From an uncultured Verrucomicrobiota bacterium (GTDB lineage Bacteria; Verrucomicrobiota; Kiritimatiellia; SS1-B-03-39; UBA6053), in assembly GCA_964497855.1 (NCBI GenBank), contig CAZCFM010000001.1:30618-94617 (forward strand): a stretch of 64,000 bases of DNA, written 5' to 3'. A program made the translations under genes and the position numbers. The notes under the pieces are model-generated. The model worked only from the letters and a program-made list of their open reading frames with translations. It was not told the origin of the DNA and made no database searches. Of this stretch, positions 55,174-64,000 are shown piece by piece. Position 1 is the stretch's first letter. Every line of letters begins with the position of its first letter.

Positions 55174-58100
55174 ATGAAAACCCCGATCCGCACCCTTGTG
55201 ACCCTTCTGGCCCTCGCTCCCTGCGCGTGGGCCCAGCCCGGTTTTGTGCGCCAGACTGTTGATGCGGCCATGGCCGGGGACTGCAAGATGGTCGGCGACA
55301 TCGACGGCGACGGCTTCGCCGACGTGGCCGTGGCCGGCATGCCGACGGGCGAGCCGCTGACCTGGTACCGCTGGCCGGACTGGCACAAGACCGTCATCGC
55401 CCAGGCCCAGATGGAATGGTCTAACTACGGCGTGCTCGCCGATGTCGATCTCGATGGCGATGCCGACATTGTCCTACCCGACGGCATCGGACCGACCCTG
55501 CACTGGTTCGAGAATCCCGGCGGAACACTGGCCCTGGTCGGGTCAAACTGGACGAAACGGACGATTGGCAACACGCCCGAGTGGTGCAAGGATGTATTCG
55601 TGGCGGACTACGACGGCGATGGCCGCCCCGATGTGAGCGCCCGTCCCTACAACCGGCAGCCGCGGCTGTTTTTCCGCGAAGGCAACGGCACCTGGACAAG
55701 CGTGGACCTGGCCGGCTTCGAAGTGGGCAGCGAGGGCATGTGGAGCGCGGACGTGGACGGCGATGGCGACGAAGACCTGGTCACCCGCGGCCAGATCGCC
55801 CGCAATCCCGGCGGCGTCGCCGCGCGCAACCCATCCAACTGGAGCGTGATCTCCCTTGGCAGCGCCCCCGCCGACTTCAAGGCCTTCGTGGCCGACCTCG
55901 ACGGCGACGGCAAACGCGACGTCTTGTTCTCCAGCTCGGAGGGCCTCGACGCCGTGGTCTGGTTCCAGCAGCCCGCCGACGGCCCGGGCGGCATCTGGAC
56001 CCGCCACACCCTCCTCGCCAGCGCCGACGCGGCCCACACCCTCTGGGCCGCCGATTTCGACGCCGATGGCGACCAGGACGTGCTCGTCGGCGCCATGAAC
56101 TCCCGCGAACTGATCCTCCTGGAAAACAACGGCGGCGCCCTCTCATGGACTCCACACGTCCTCGACGCCAACGCCGGCATCCACAATGGCCAGGTCGTGG
56201 ATTTCGAAGGCGACGGGGACCCCGACATCTTCGGCGCCGGCTTCACCGGGCAGGCCACTAAGGCCACCGTCTGGATCAACCAGACCAATCCCACCCTGCC
56301 CCTCGACTCCTGGACCTATTTCCAACTCAGCGACCAGCACGCCCAGGCCTTCGGCCTCGACATCGGCGACCTCGACGGCGACGCTTTCCCCGACCTTGTG
56401 AGCGGAAACGCCTGGTACCGCAACCCCGGTCCCGGCCTGGGTGCCGACTGGACCCGCACCCCCCTCCCCGCTGGCATGCAGGCCGTCCTCGTGGCCAACG
56501 TGGACAACGACACCCGCCCCGACATCCTCGCCTGCCGCGACGAGGGCGTCAACACCGCCTGGTACTGGCTCGAACCCAGCAACGCGGCCGCCACCACCTT
56601 CAGCTCCGTCCAAATCGCAACCCTCCCCGCCGCCAGCCACGCCCTGGGCGCGCAGGGCCACCGCCTCGTCCAAATCGTGCCTGGAGGCAAACCGGAAATC
56701 CTGACGACCTCCGGCAACGGCGCCTGGTACATCACCATCCCCGCATCCAACCCCGCCGCCGGCAACTGGCCCAGCGTCCGCATCCACGCCAATCCCTCCG
56801 ACGAGGGCCTCGACGCGGCCGACCTCAATGGCGACGGCTTTCCCGACGTGGTCGCCACCACCGGGGACTCCAAACGCGTCGAATGGTACCAGAACCCCGG
56901 CAACGGCACCGCCAACTGGACCGCCCGCGTCCTCGGCGGCGTGCCCGAGTTCGTCTATCCCGACCGCTGCCGCATCGGCGACCTGAACGGCGACGGACGC
57001 CCCGACGTGGTCGTGACCGAGGAGAACGGGGCCGCCTCCGGCGCGCTGACCTGCTGGTGGGAACATCCGGCCGCCGGGCCCACCGGAACCTGGACCCGCC
57101 ACACGCTGGTCAGCCAGGGCTCGACCCACGCCCTCGATCTTGTGGACCTCGACCGGGACGGCGACCTCGACATTCTGCTGGGCGAACACAAGGGCGGCCT
57201 GAAAACCGCAGTCTGGGAAAACCAGGGCGGCGGAACCTTTGTCGAACGCATCGTGTCCAGCGGCAAAGAAACCCACGCCGGGCTTCGTGCGGTGGATCTG
57301 GACGGCGACGGCGACCGCGACCTGGTCGGCATCGCCTGGGACGCCTCCGCCACGATCCATCTCTGGCGCAACGACGGAACACCCGCCGCCGGGGACGACA
57401 GTACTCCGCCCGAATTGTTGTCCGTCAGCGCCGTCGGCCCCAACGAGGTGCTGGCCGTCTTCAGCGAGCGGCTGGACGAAACCAAGGCGCGGGACCCGCA
57501 GCGCTTCGGGATCGCGGGCGTGTTTGTGGGCAGCGCCACGCCCGAAGGCGCGGGCACGCGTGTCCGCCTGCTCACCTCCACCCTCCCGGCCGGGGCCGCG
57601 TTGACCCTCGGCGTCGATGGCCTCGACGACCTCGCCGATCCGCCCAATGCGACGCTGCCCGGCGAGTCAATGGCCTTCAGCGGCCCCCTCGATCCCGACA
57701 GCGGATTGCTCCACCACTGGAGCTGCGACGAGGGCGGCGGTGCGACCCTCGGCGATTCGGCCGGAACCTGGCCCGGCACCCTGGTGTCCGCCGGATGGGA
57801 CGCCTCGGGCCGCAGCGGATCGGCGCTGTCGTTTGCCGGAAACGGACGGGCCACCCTCGGCAGCGCCAACACCGGGGCCAACGCCCTGACCCTCGCCCTC
57901 TGGTTCCGACCCGCGGCCTTTGGCGCCGGGGTGGACGCCCGCTTCCTGTCCAAGGCCTCCAGCACCAGCGAACAGGGGCACCACTGGATGCTCGGACTGA
58001 CCGAGTCGGGCGGCAGCCAGTTCCTGCGCGCGCGACTGCGCACGGGTGGATCGACCACCACGCTGATCGCCAGCGGCAGCCCGGTCGTGGCCGGGACCTG

Positions 58101-58716
58101 GCGGCACGCCGCCCTGGTCTACGACGGCAGCACACTCAAGCTCTACCTCGACACCACCGAGGTCGCCTCCGTCGCCAAGACCGGCGCACTCGACGAAGGG
58201 AGCGGCGTTCCCATGTCCATCGGATCGCAGCCCGACGGCAGCAACGGCTTCAACGGCCTGCTCGACGACATCCGCATCTACAACCGCGCCCTCTCGCCCT
58301 CCGAACTCGCATCCCTCGTCACGCCCGCGCCCAGCCTGGCACAGCGCTTCAACACCTGGGCCCTGGGGCTGGCTCATCCGGCACCGGACGACGACAACGA
58401 CGACGACGGCGTCCCCAACCTCATCGAATTCCTCGGCGGCGGCAACGCGTCCCTTCCCGACGCCGCCGATCTCACGCCCAGCCTCTGGCGCGCGCCCGAC
58501 GGAACGCGCATCGGCCTCCGCTTCCGCAACGCCCAGTCCGGCGTGCCCCTGCGGACCGAAATCTCCTTCGACCTGGACGACTGGTTCCCCCTTCCCTCCT
58601 TCCCCGATTTCGACGATGTGGATGGCGGCCCCTCCGACGGCCAACCCACCCGCATCCATTCCCTGCCCCTGTCCCCCGCCGGCCCCTGGTTTCTCCGCCT
58701 GCGGGTGGGCTACTGA
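55174..58716 (+). CDS. giant secreted FG-GAP/VCBS-repeat (integrin-alpha-like beta-propeller) protein with LamG/concanavalin-A-like domain and Ca-binding C-terminal module
   Basis: Signal peptide MKTPIRTLVTLLALAPCAWA. Many D.DGDG.(P)D(I/V/L) FG-GAP/VCBS repeats. LamG-like block (ALWFRPAAFG...WRHAALVYDGSTLKLYLD...FNGLLDDIRIYNRALS). DDDNDDDGVPNLIEF thrombospondin-type-3-like motif. Confidence 0.85.
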   Translation: MKTPIRTLVTLLALAPCAWAQPGFVRQTVDAAMAGDCKMVGDIDGDGFADVAVAGMPTGEPLTWYRWPDWHKTVIAQAQMEWSNYGVLADVDLDGDADIVLPDGIGPTLHWFENPGGTLALVGSNWTKRTIGNTPEWCKDVFVADYDGDGRPDVSARPYNRQPRLFFREGNGTWTSVDLAGFEVGSEGMWSADVDGDGDEDLVTRGQIARNPGGVAARNPSNWSVISLGSAPADFKAFVADLDGDGKRDVLFSSSEGLDAVVWFQQPADGPGGIWTRHTLLASADAAHTLWAADFDADGDQDVLVGAMNSRELILLENNGGALSWTPHVLDANAGIHNGQVVDFEGDGDPDIFGAGFTGQATKATVWINQTNPTLPLDSWTYFQLSDQHAQAFGLDIGDLDGDAFPDLVSGNAWYRNPGPGLGADWTRTPLPAGMQAVLVANVDNDTRPDILACRDEGVNTAWYWLEPSNAAATTFSSVQIATLPAASHALGAQGHRLVQIVPGGKPEILTTSGNGAWYITIPASNPAAGNWPSVRIHANPSDEGLDAADLNGDGFPDVVATTGDSKRVEWYQNPGNGTANWTARVLGGVPEFVYPDRCRIGDLNGDGRPDVVVTEENGAASGALTCWWEHPAAGPTGTWTRHTLVSQGSTHALDLVDLDRDGDLDILLGEHKGGLKTAVWENQGGGTFVERIVSSGKETHAGLRAVDLDGDGDRDLVGIAWDASATIHLWRNDGTPAAGDDSTPPELLSVSAVGPNEVLAVFSERLDETKARDPQRFGIAGVFVGSATPEGAGTRVRLLTSTLPAGAALTLGVDGLDDLADPPNATLPGESMAFSGPLDPDSGLLHHWSCDEGGGATLGDSAGTWPGTLVSAGWDASGRSGSALSFAGNGRATLGSANTGANALTLALWFRPAAFGAGVDARFLSKASSTSEQGHHWMLGLTESGGSQFLRARLRTGGSTTTLIASGSPVVAGTWRHAALVYDGSTLKLYLDTTEVASVAKTGALDEGSGVPMSIGSQPDGSNGFNGLLDDIRIYNRALSPSELASLVTPAPSLAQRFNTWALGLAHPAPDDDNDDDGVPNLIEFLGGGNASLPDAADLTPSLWRAPDGTRIGLRFRNAQSGVPLRTEISFDLDDWFPLPSFPDFDDVDGGPSDGQPTRIHSLPLSPAGPWFLRLRVGY

Positions 58717-59342
58717 GTGCAAAGGGTGTTGAGTTCCCGGCAGAGGGGGCAGGTGTTTCCGTCGCAGCCGCGGGCGCTGCAGTGTTGGCGTCCGTAGAAG
58801 ATGATTTGCAGGTGCAGGCGGTTCCATTCGTTGCGGGGGAAGAGTTTTTTGAGGTCGGCCTCGGTTTGTTCCACGTTTTTGCCGGAGCTGAGTTTCCAGC
58901 GCCGGGCGAGGCGGTGGATGTGGGTGTCCACGGGGAAGGCGGGCACGCCGAAGGCCTGGGCCATGACGACGGAGGCGGTTTTGTGGCCGACGCCGGGAAG
59001 GGCCTCGAGGGCGGCGAAATCGGCGGGAACCTGTCCGCCATGTTGCTCAACAAGAATGCGGGAGAGCTGGGAAATCGCCTGGGATTTGCGGGGGGAAAGT
59101 CCGCAGGGACGGATGATGTCCTGGATCGCCTCCACCGGGACTGTCGCCATTTTTTCGGGCGTGTCGGCGAGGGCAAAAAGAGCGGGTGTGATTTGGTTGA
59201 CGCGGCGGTCGGTGCATTGCGCGGACAGGACAACGGCGATCAACAGCGTGTAGGGATCGCGGTGATCGAGCGGAATGGGGGTTTCCGGATAGAGCGTCTG
59301 GAGGCGGGCGCGGATGATTTCCGCGCGTTGACGACGGGTCAT
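58710..59342 (-). CDS. nth: endonuclease III (DNA glycosylase/AP lyase)
   Basis: HhH-GPD (LPGVGHKTASVV), catalytic Lys/Asp region (VDTHIHR), and 4Fe-4S cluster loop C..C..C..C at the C-terminus (CSARGCDGNTCPLC). Confidence 0.93.
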   Translation of the reverse strand: MTRRQRAEIIRARLQTLYPETPIPLDHRDPYTLLIAVVLSAQCTDRRVNQITPALFALADTPEKMATVPVEAIQDIIRPCGLSPRKSQAISQLSRILVEQHGGQVPADFAALEALPGVGHKTASVVMAQAFGVPAFPVDTHIHRLARRWKLSSGKNVEQTEADLKKLFPRNEWNRLHLQIIFYGRQHCSARGCDGNTCPLCRELNTLCTQ

Positions 59343-61111
59343 GGCGCTGGGGGAGGCGGCTGATTCCAGCGGGGGGAGTCGGCGAAGAGGAGCTGCTCTT
59401 CCTGTCGCAAGGGAATAAAGAAGGGGGTGGGGAATCCACGGGGAAGGCCGGACAACTCGATGATTTTTTTCCAGCTGCGGAAGGGGCCGCGGCTGAGGTC
59501 GCTGAGCAGGCGTTTGTCGCGGGTGAGCTGGGTCAAAAAGAGCCCGCGGATCGGCTGGCGGCGGTCGTGGATTTCGTAGAATTCGTCGACGGTGACGGGC
59601 ATCTGGAGGGAAAGGAGACCTCCATACCAGGCGGTGGCCCAGGGCATGTCGGTGCAGATCAGTTCCTGCGGTTTGAAGAAGCGGGCGACCAGGCCGCTGT
59701 CGGCGGCGAAATAGGGCGGGTAACTGGAGGGACGCGGGGGCATCATCACGGCAAGCATGGGGAGGGCCTGCACGAGCACGAAACCGGCGACGAGGCTGAG
59801 GGACACGATTTGCACGCCGATTTGCAGGCGGTCGAGCATGAGGTGAAAAAAGGCGCTGCCGTAGAGGATGACGAGGGGCAAGAGAATGAGGGTGACCGCA
59901 AGCTGGGCTTCGCCGAAGATGCCGCTGGCGAGGATGACGAGTCCATAGGTGAACACCGCCGACCAGCGGAGGGCGCGGACGGGCGCGCGCTGGAAACGGT
60001 AGAAAAGGGCGACGACAAAGAAGCAGAGAACGAGTCCGGAGCCGAAGCCTGTTCTTTCGAGGGAAAATACGTTTTCGACCACCAACAGGAGGCGGGCCAG
60101 CAACTGCCGGGGAAGTTCTTCGTTTCCGGGAAGTGTTTCCAAGCTGCGGGCGGCGAGGTCATGGATGTCGGAGCGGAGAGCGAGTTCCGGTGCGATCCCG
60201 AAGGGGGTGCCAGAGACGGCGACATTGCGGAGAATCCAGGGAGCGGTGACCCCGGCGAAAACGACGAGGGTGATGAGAGCGGGAAGAAGTCCGCGGCGTT
60301 TGTTGCCCATCACGAGGACGAGCAGGAAGCCTGGCAGAGCCGTGAGGGCGGCGTAACGGCTGAGGAAAGCCAGCGCAAGGGAGGCCCCCATAAGGGCGGA
60401 GAGAACGCCGAGTTTCCAGAAGGCGCTGCCCTCTTCGCTGCGGAGCAGTTTGAGCAGACACCAGAGGGCAAAGGTGTGAAGCAGCAGGGTAAGCGGAAGG
60501 TCGCTGCCGGCAATGGCCCCGGCCCACAGGGCGTTGGTCAGGAAAAAGAGGCAGAGGGCGGTAAACGCGACGCGGGGATCGAACAGCTGGCGTCCCATCA
60601 GATAGAGGAGAAGTCCGCTGAGAAAACAGAACAGAAGATTGAGGGGAAGGATGACCCAGTTTTCGGGGGCGTGTTTGGCGGACATGGGCGGCGCGAAATC
60701 GGTGCCGGCGGCTTTGAAGGCCAGGCCCATGACGACGGGCCAGAGGGGGGCGTTGACCAGGTCCGGGTGGCGGAGCAGTGCCCCATCGACCGCGGGCGAG
60801 GGCGGAAGTTTTCCTTTCTCCTGCAGCAGGCGGATGGAGGCCGGGCGGATGACGCGGGTCGTGAGGGTGCCGGTTTCGGCGAAGGAACGGGCGAGCTGGG
60901 CTTGGTCCATGGAGCGCGGGGAGGAAAAGCCCACGTACTGATTCGCCATATAGAGAATGGAGAGGATGATGATGAACAAGCCAAAGAGGAACCCTTTGAG
61001 GATTTTGGCGCCAGCGCCAACCTCGAGGATATACACCAGGTTTTGCACACGGGATTCAAAAGGTTTTTTTGATGACATGGGGTCTCCGAAAAAGAAGGCC
61101 GGTTGGGACAC
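59339..61111 (-). CDS. polytopic membrane protein (GT-C/PMT-ArnT-like suspected)
   Basis: Over 10 hydrophobic segments, and a cytoplasmic/periplasmic C-terminal ~110 aa. ATGA-type overlap with nth. Alternative start MSSKKPF at 61078. Confidence 0.6.
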   Translation of the reverse strand: MSQPAFFFGDPMSSKKPFESRVQNLVYILEVGAGAKILKGFLFGLFIIILSILYMANQYVGFSSPRSMDQAQLARSFAETGTLTTRVIRPASIRLLQEKGKLPPSPAVDGALLRHPDLVNAPLWPVVMGLAFKAAGTDFAPPMSAKHAPENWVILPLNLLFCFLSGLLLYLMGRQLFDPRVAFTALCLFFLTNALWAGAIAGSDLPLTLLLHTFALWCLLKLLRSEEGSAFWKLGVLSALMGASLALAFLSRYAALTALPGFLLVLVMGNKRRGLLPALITLVVFAGVTAPWILRNVAVSGTPFGIAPELALRSDIHDLAARSLETLPGNEELPRQLLARLLLVVENVFSLERTGFGSGLVLCFFVVALFYRFQRAPVRALRWSAVFTYGLVILASGIFGEAQLAVTLILLPLVILYGSAFFHLMLDRLQIGVQIVSLSLVAGFVLVQALPMLAVMMPPRPSSYPPYFAADSGLVARFFKPQELICTDMPWATAWYGGLLSLQMPVTVDEFYEIHDRRQPIRGLFLTQLTRDKRLLSDLSRGPFRSWKKIIELSGLPRGFPTPFFIPLRQEEQLLFADSPRWNQPPPPAP

Positions 61112-61167
61112 CGGAGGTTGATAGGCTTATTCTTCACATGCGGAAAGACAAGATCAAGCCCGGAACT

Positions 61168-62835
61168 TCAGAAATCCCGATTGCTGAGACTTCTGTGCCC
61201 CAAATAGAGGGGCAAAGCGCCAGCCAAAAGCGAAATCAGGACAATGTAGAGGGAGGTGAGGGGAAAAAGCCAGGCCTCGATGCCCGCAGGCATCATGTCG
61301 GACGTGGACAAATGGGAGACGATGCCTGGAACGAGCACGAGCAGGATGACGGTGAGCAGGGTGAGAATCAGGTTGAGGGTGCCCCCGTAGCCGCTGAGAA
61401 TCTGGGCGGGGGTTTTGGCTTCCGTTTCCATGAAAATCGCGCCCAGTCCGGTCGCCATGCCCGCGAGGGCAAAGGCGACACAGGGCATGAGAAGCGTGCT
61501 GAGGCGCAGGCTGAATTCCGGGAGGTCGAGCATGGCATTGGAGAGCATCGTCAAGGTGCCTCCAATCAACAGGAGCGCCCCGGAGGAGAGAACAAATTTG
61601 ATGAGCATCATGCGGGTGAGGCTTACCGGGGCAAGGGCGACGAGCCAGAGGGTTTTGCTTTCGAGGCTGAGCTGCGGGAAGACAAAACGCGAGCTGAGGG
61701 AACTCATGACCGCCGACAGGCTGAACATGTTGAGAAAGGCAATGAGGTTGGCCCATGGTTTGTCGAGGTCGTCATACCCGAGCGATCCGAGGTTGAGGAA
61801 GTAGAGGGACAACAACCCGAAAAAGATGAGAAATTGAGACCACTGAGAGGGATCGCGGACAAAAACGAGGGCGTCTTTGATGCCGAAAGCACGGGCGGGT
61901 CCGGTGCCGGGAAAAAGGGAATGCAGAAAACGGGAGACGCGGCTGTCGCACTGGGCCCAGTCGCCAACGGAAGTGTTTTGACGTTGGAGGGTCGAGGGAT
62001 AGAGCCAGGAGCCGACGCGGGCAATCAGGAGGAAAAGCACGCCGACGGAGCTGCAGAGAAGGGTCAGGTACAGGAGGCCGCGGGTCCAATCCTGCTGGGC
62101 GAGGGCGAGAATGCCGCGGGCCATCCATCCGTTGGGAAGCAGGGGCTGGGAGGAGAATTCCAGGCCGGGGACAAAGCGGGCGAGGTTCATGATGTCCTCC
62201 TGCTGGTTGTTGCGGATCAACTCCACGTGGGTCCGGGCCTTCCACAGGCCAAAGGTCACGAGAAGCACGGCGAGCAGGGCGAGGGTGCGTCCCCGGGGAA
62301 TCCATCGGACGATGAGCAGCATCATCAGCACCCCGAGGCCGGAAAAGAGCATGACAAAGGGGGCGGAAAAGGCGACGGACCAGAGGATCATGCCCACGTG
62401 CCAGCCCCGGTAGACTCCGAAAGCCCCGATGAAGGGAACGATGATGAAGAAGAACGCCCAACTGCTCATCAGGGTGGTGCGCACCAGCGAGTAGTAGAAG
62501 AGATCCCGCAGGGGGACGGGCCACGTGATCAGGCGCCGCAGCTCTGGGGACTGTAAAAGGTTTGAATAGCCTGTAACCGCCCCGGAGAGCATGAGCATCA
62601 GGCCGAGGCCCATAAAGAAGAGGGTGAAGAGGCGCTGCACCAGGAAGAAGGCCGCGCCGCCGAGGCTGTAGAGAAAGTCAAAGCCGCTGTAGAAGAGCCA
62701 GCTCAGTCCGCAGAGCCAGGTGATGCTGAATCCGCCAATGACGACGACTTTCAGTTTGGGTTGCCGTTTCAGCTCGCGGATTGCGGAGCGCAGGCCGAGG
62801 ATATGATTGCGGATGAGGAGAAAAGCGGGGCGCAC
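61168..62835 (-). CDS. multi-pass membrane protein, putative permease partner of the upstream ABC ATPase
   Basis: About 12 TM segments directly downstream of an ABC ATP-binding gene. GTG at 62833-62835 is proposed as the start, because the listed ATG (62931) would overlap the ATPase gene by ~90 nt. Confidence 0.6.
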   Translation of the reverse strand: MRPAFLLIRNHILGLRSAIRELKRQPKLKVVVIGGFSITWLCGLSWLFYSGFDFLYSLGGAAFFLVQRLFTLFFMGLGLMLMLSGAVTGYSNLLQSPELRRLITWPVPLRDLFYYSLVRTTLMSSWAFFFIIVPFIGAFGVYRGWHVGMILWSVAFSAPFVMLFSGLGVLMMLLIVRWIPRGRTLALLAVLLVTFGLWKARTHVELIRNNQQEDIMNLARFVPGLEFSSQPLLPNGWMARGILALAQQDWTRGLLYLTLLCSSVGVLFLLIARVGSWLYPSTLQRQNTSVGDWAQCDSRVSRFLHSLFPGTGPARAFGIKDALVFVRDPSQWSQFLIFFGLLSLYFLNLGSLGYDDLDKPWANLIAFLNMFSLSAVMSSLSSRFVFPQLSLESKTLWLVALAPVSLTRMMLIKFVLSSGALLLIGGTLTMLSNAMLDLPEFSLRLSTLLMPCVAFALAGMATGLGAIFMETEAKTPAQILSGYGGTLNLILTLLTVILLVLVPGIVSHLSTSDMMPAGIEAWLFPLTSLYIVLISLLAGALPLYLGHRSLSNRDF

Positions 62836-62842
62836 AGGGATC

Positions 62843-63562
62843 TCAATGCAGGGTGAGGCTGAGGAACAGGTCTTCGAGACGTCCGGAGCCGGGAGTGGAC
62901 GTGTGGAGTTCGGCAAGAGTGCCGCAGGCAATGAGGCGGCCCTGGTCGATGATGCCGATGCGGTCGCCGATTTCCTCGGCGATGGCCAGAATGTGTGTGG
63001 TCATCAGCACGGTCATGCCGCGTCGGGTGTGTTCTCGCAAGAGGTCTTTGATGAGGCGGATGCTGTGGGGATCGAGGCCGATGAAGGGTTCGTCGACCAG
63101 CAGAACCTTGGGTTCATGGAGGAGGGTTGCGGCGTATATCACGCGCTGGCGCATGCCATGGGACAGATCGCGGCAGAGCGTGTGGGCGCGGGCGGTGAGG
63201 CCGAAAATCTCCAGCTGGCGGGCTGCTTTTTCGTCCAGTCCGGCCCGGGGCATGCGATAGAGGTCGCCGGTGAAGCGGAGAAATTCCATGGGGGTGAGTC
63301 GGTCGTAGAGAAAAGGCATGTCGGGGATGTAGCCGACGTGGCGGCGGGCCTCGACAGGATGGCGGAGGGCGTCGATCGCGGCGAGGACGACATTTCCGCG
63401 GTCGGGACGCACCAGACCGGTCATCATTTTGATGCTGGTGGTTTTGCCGGCGCCGTTGGGGCCGAGAAAACAGAACAGTTCACCGGCGGGCACTTCGAGA
63501 CAGAGGTCGTGAACGGCTTCAACGTTGCCGTAGGCTTTAAAGAGGTGTTCGAGTCGGATCAT
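62843..63562 (-). CDS. ABC transporter ATP-binding protein (ABC-2/DrrA-like)
   Basis: Walker A GPNGAGKTT, signature LSHGMRQRV, Walker B VLLVDEPFIGLD, and H-loop TTHIL. Confidence 0.9.
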   Translation of the reverse strand: MIRLEHLFKAYGNVEAVHDLCLEVPAGELFCFLGPNGAGKTTSIKMMTGLVRPDRGNVVLAAIDALRHPVEARRHVGYIPDMPFLYDRLTPMEFLRFTGDLYRMPRAGLDEKAARQLEIFGLTARAHTLCRDLSHGMRQRVIYAATLLHEPKVLLVDEPFIGLDPHSIRLIKDLLREHTRRGMTVLMTTHILAIAEEIGDRIGIIDQGRLIACGTLAELHTSTPGSGRLEDLFLSLTLH

Positions 63563-64000
63563 GGAGTGATTGGCATCGGGGGCCAGGACGTTATCAGATT
63601 GGTTTTGAGGAGGGAAAGGGGTTCGACGGCATTGCCACTGGGGATTTGCATGGCCTGCTGGGCGGCGGACGCGACAAGCACCAGGCCGAAGGGCGTCTCT
63701 TGGCGCATGACGCGGCCATAGTCGTCGACCCAGGCCCGGAGGGTGATCTCGCCCATTTGCATGGAAATGCGGGTAACGCGGATGGGCGGTGAATCGTCGG
63801 AAAAGCGCAGCACTTCATAACTTTCGCCGCGGACGATCATGTCGCGGGTTTCGCCCGTGGCGGAGAGGGGGTCGATGGTGCGGATGCGCCGGAAGCCTCC
63901 GGGACGTACGGCTTGCAACCCGGCATCGAGCAGCGGAGAGGAGAGCAACGCTTCGGGTGGAATTTTAATGCGTCGCTGGAAAGGCGGCATGGACTGGATG
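63559..64000 (-). CDS. hypothetical protein, possibly 5'-partial at the window edge
   Basis: ORF with an ATGA overlap onto the ABC ATPase start. The frame remains open to nt 64000, so the true start may lie outside the window. No recognisable motif. Confidence 0.4.
   Translation of the reverse strand, partial: IQSMPPFQRRIKIPPEALLSSPLLDAGLQAVRPGGFRRIRTIDPLSATGETRDMIVRGESYEVLRFSDDSPPIRVTRISMQMGEITLRAWVDDYGRVMRQETPFGLVLVASAAQQAMQIPSGNAVEPLSLLKTNLITSWPPMPITP

Overview
High-GC (over 60% by eye) bacterial chromosomal segment, densely coded on both strands. The protein repertoire includes a giant FG-GAP/LamG secreted protein, membrane-anchored prenyltransferase-repeat paralogs, several large polytopic membrane proteins and Ser/Pro-rich secreted proteins. 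This suggests a PVC-group organism (Verrucomicrobiota/Kiritimatiellota-like), at low confidence. Most of the window is housekeeping: gcvP (5'-partial), polA, cysQ-like, tadA, hom, yceI, tilS, mdh, SNF2 helicase, sdhCAB, lolDE, lysS, HU/IHF, nth, and ABC transporters. No rRNA, tRNA or CRISPR array was recognised. The main accessory feature is a roughly 8.5 kb island (about 31.5-40.0 kb) between a polysaccharide deacetylase gene and lolD. It carries an MmeI/YeeA-family DNA methyltransferase that appears to lack its own nuclease motif, an SF2 helicase, and a T5orf172/GIY-YIG-like nuclease. This resembles B. subtilis yeeABC and is a candidate uncharacterised restriction/defence system. The cassette is interrupted by a RhuM remnant plus a Schlafen/AlbA_2-type ATPase gene, and the methyltransferase gene has a strikingly AT-rich mosaic segment over its presumed target-recognition region. 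Other notable items are a 257-bp MITE-like palindromic element with perfect 18-bp terminal inverted repeats and an 11-bp target-site duplication (16.1-16.4 kb), and an ApgM-family 'proposed homoserine kinase' homolog next to hom whose metal-ligand motifs look degenerate. There are also tandem prenyltransferase-repeat paralogs, and a small decaying islet holding an omptin gene, an internally deleted symporter and a truncated hydrolase. Many long ORFs in the six-frame track are antisense or shadow ORFs typical of high-GC DNA and were not called.
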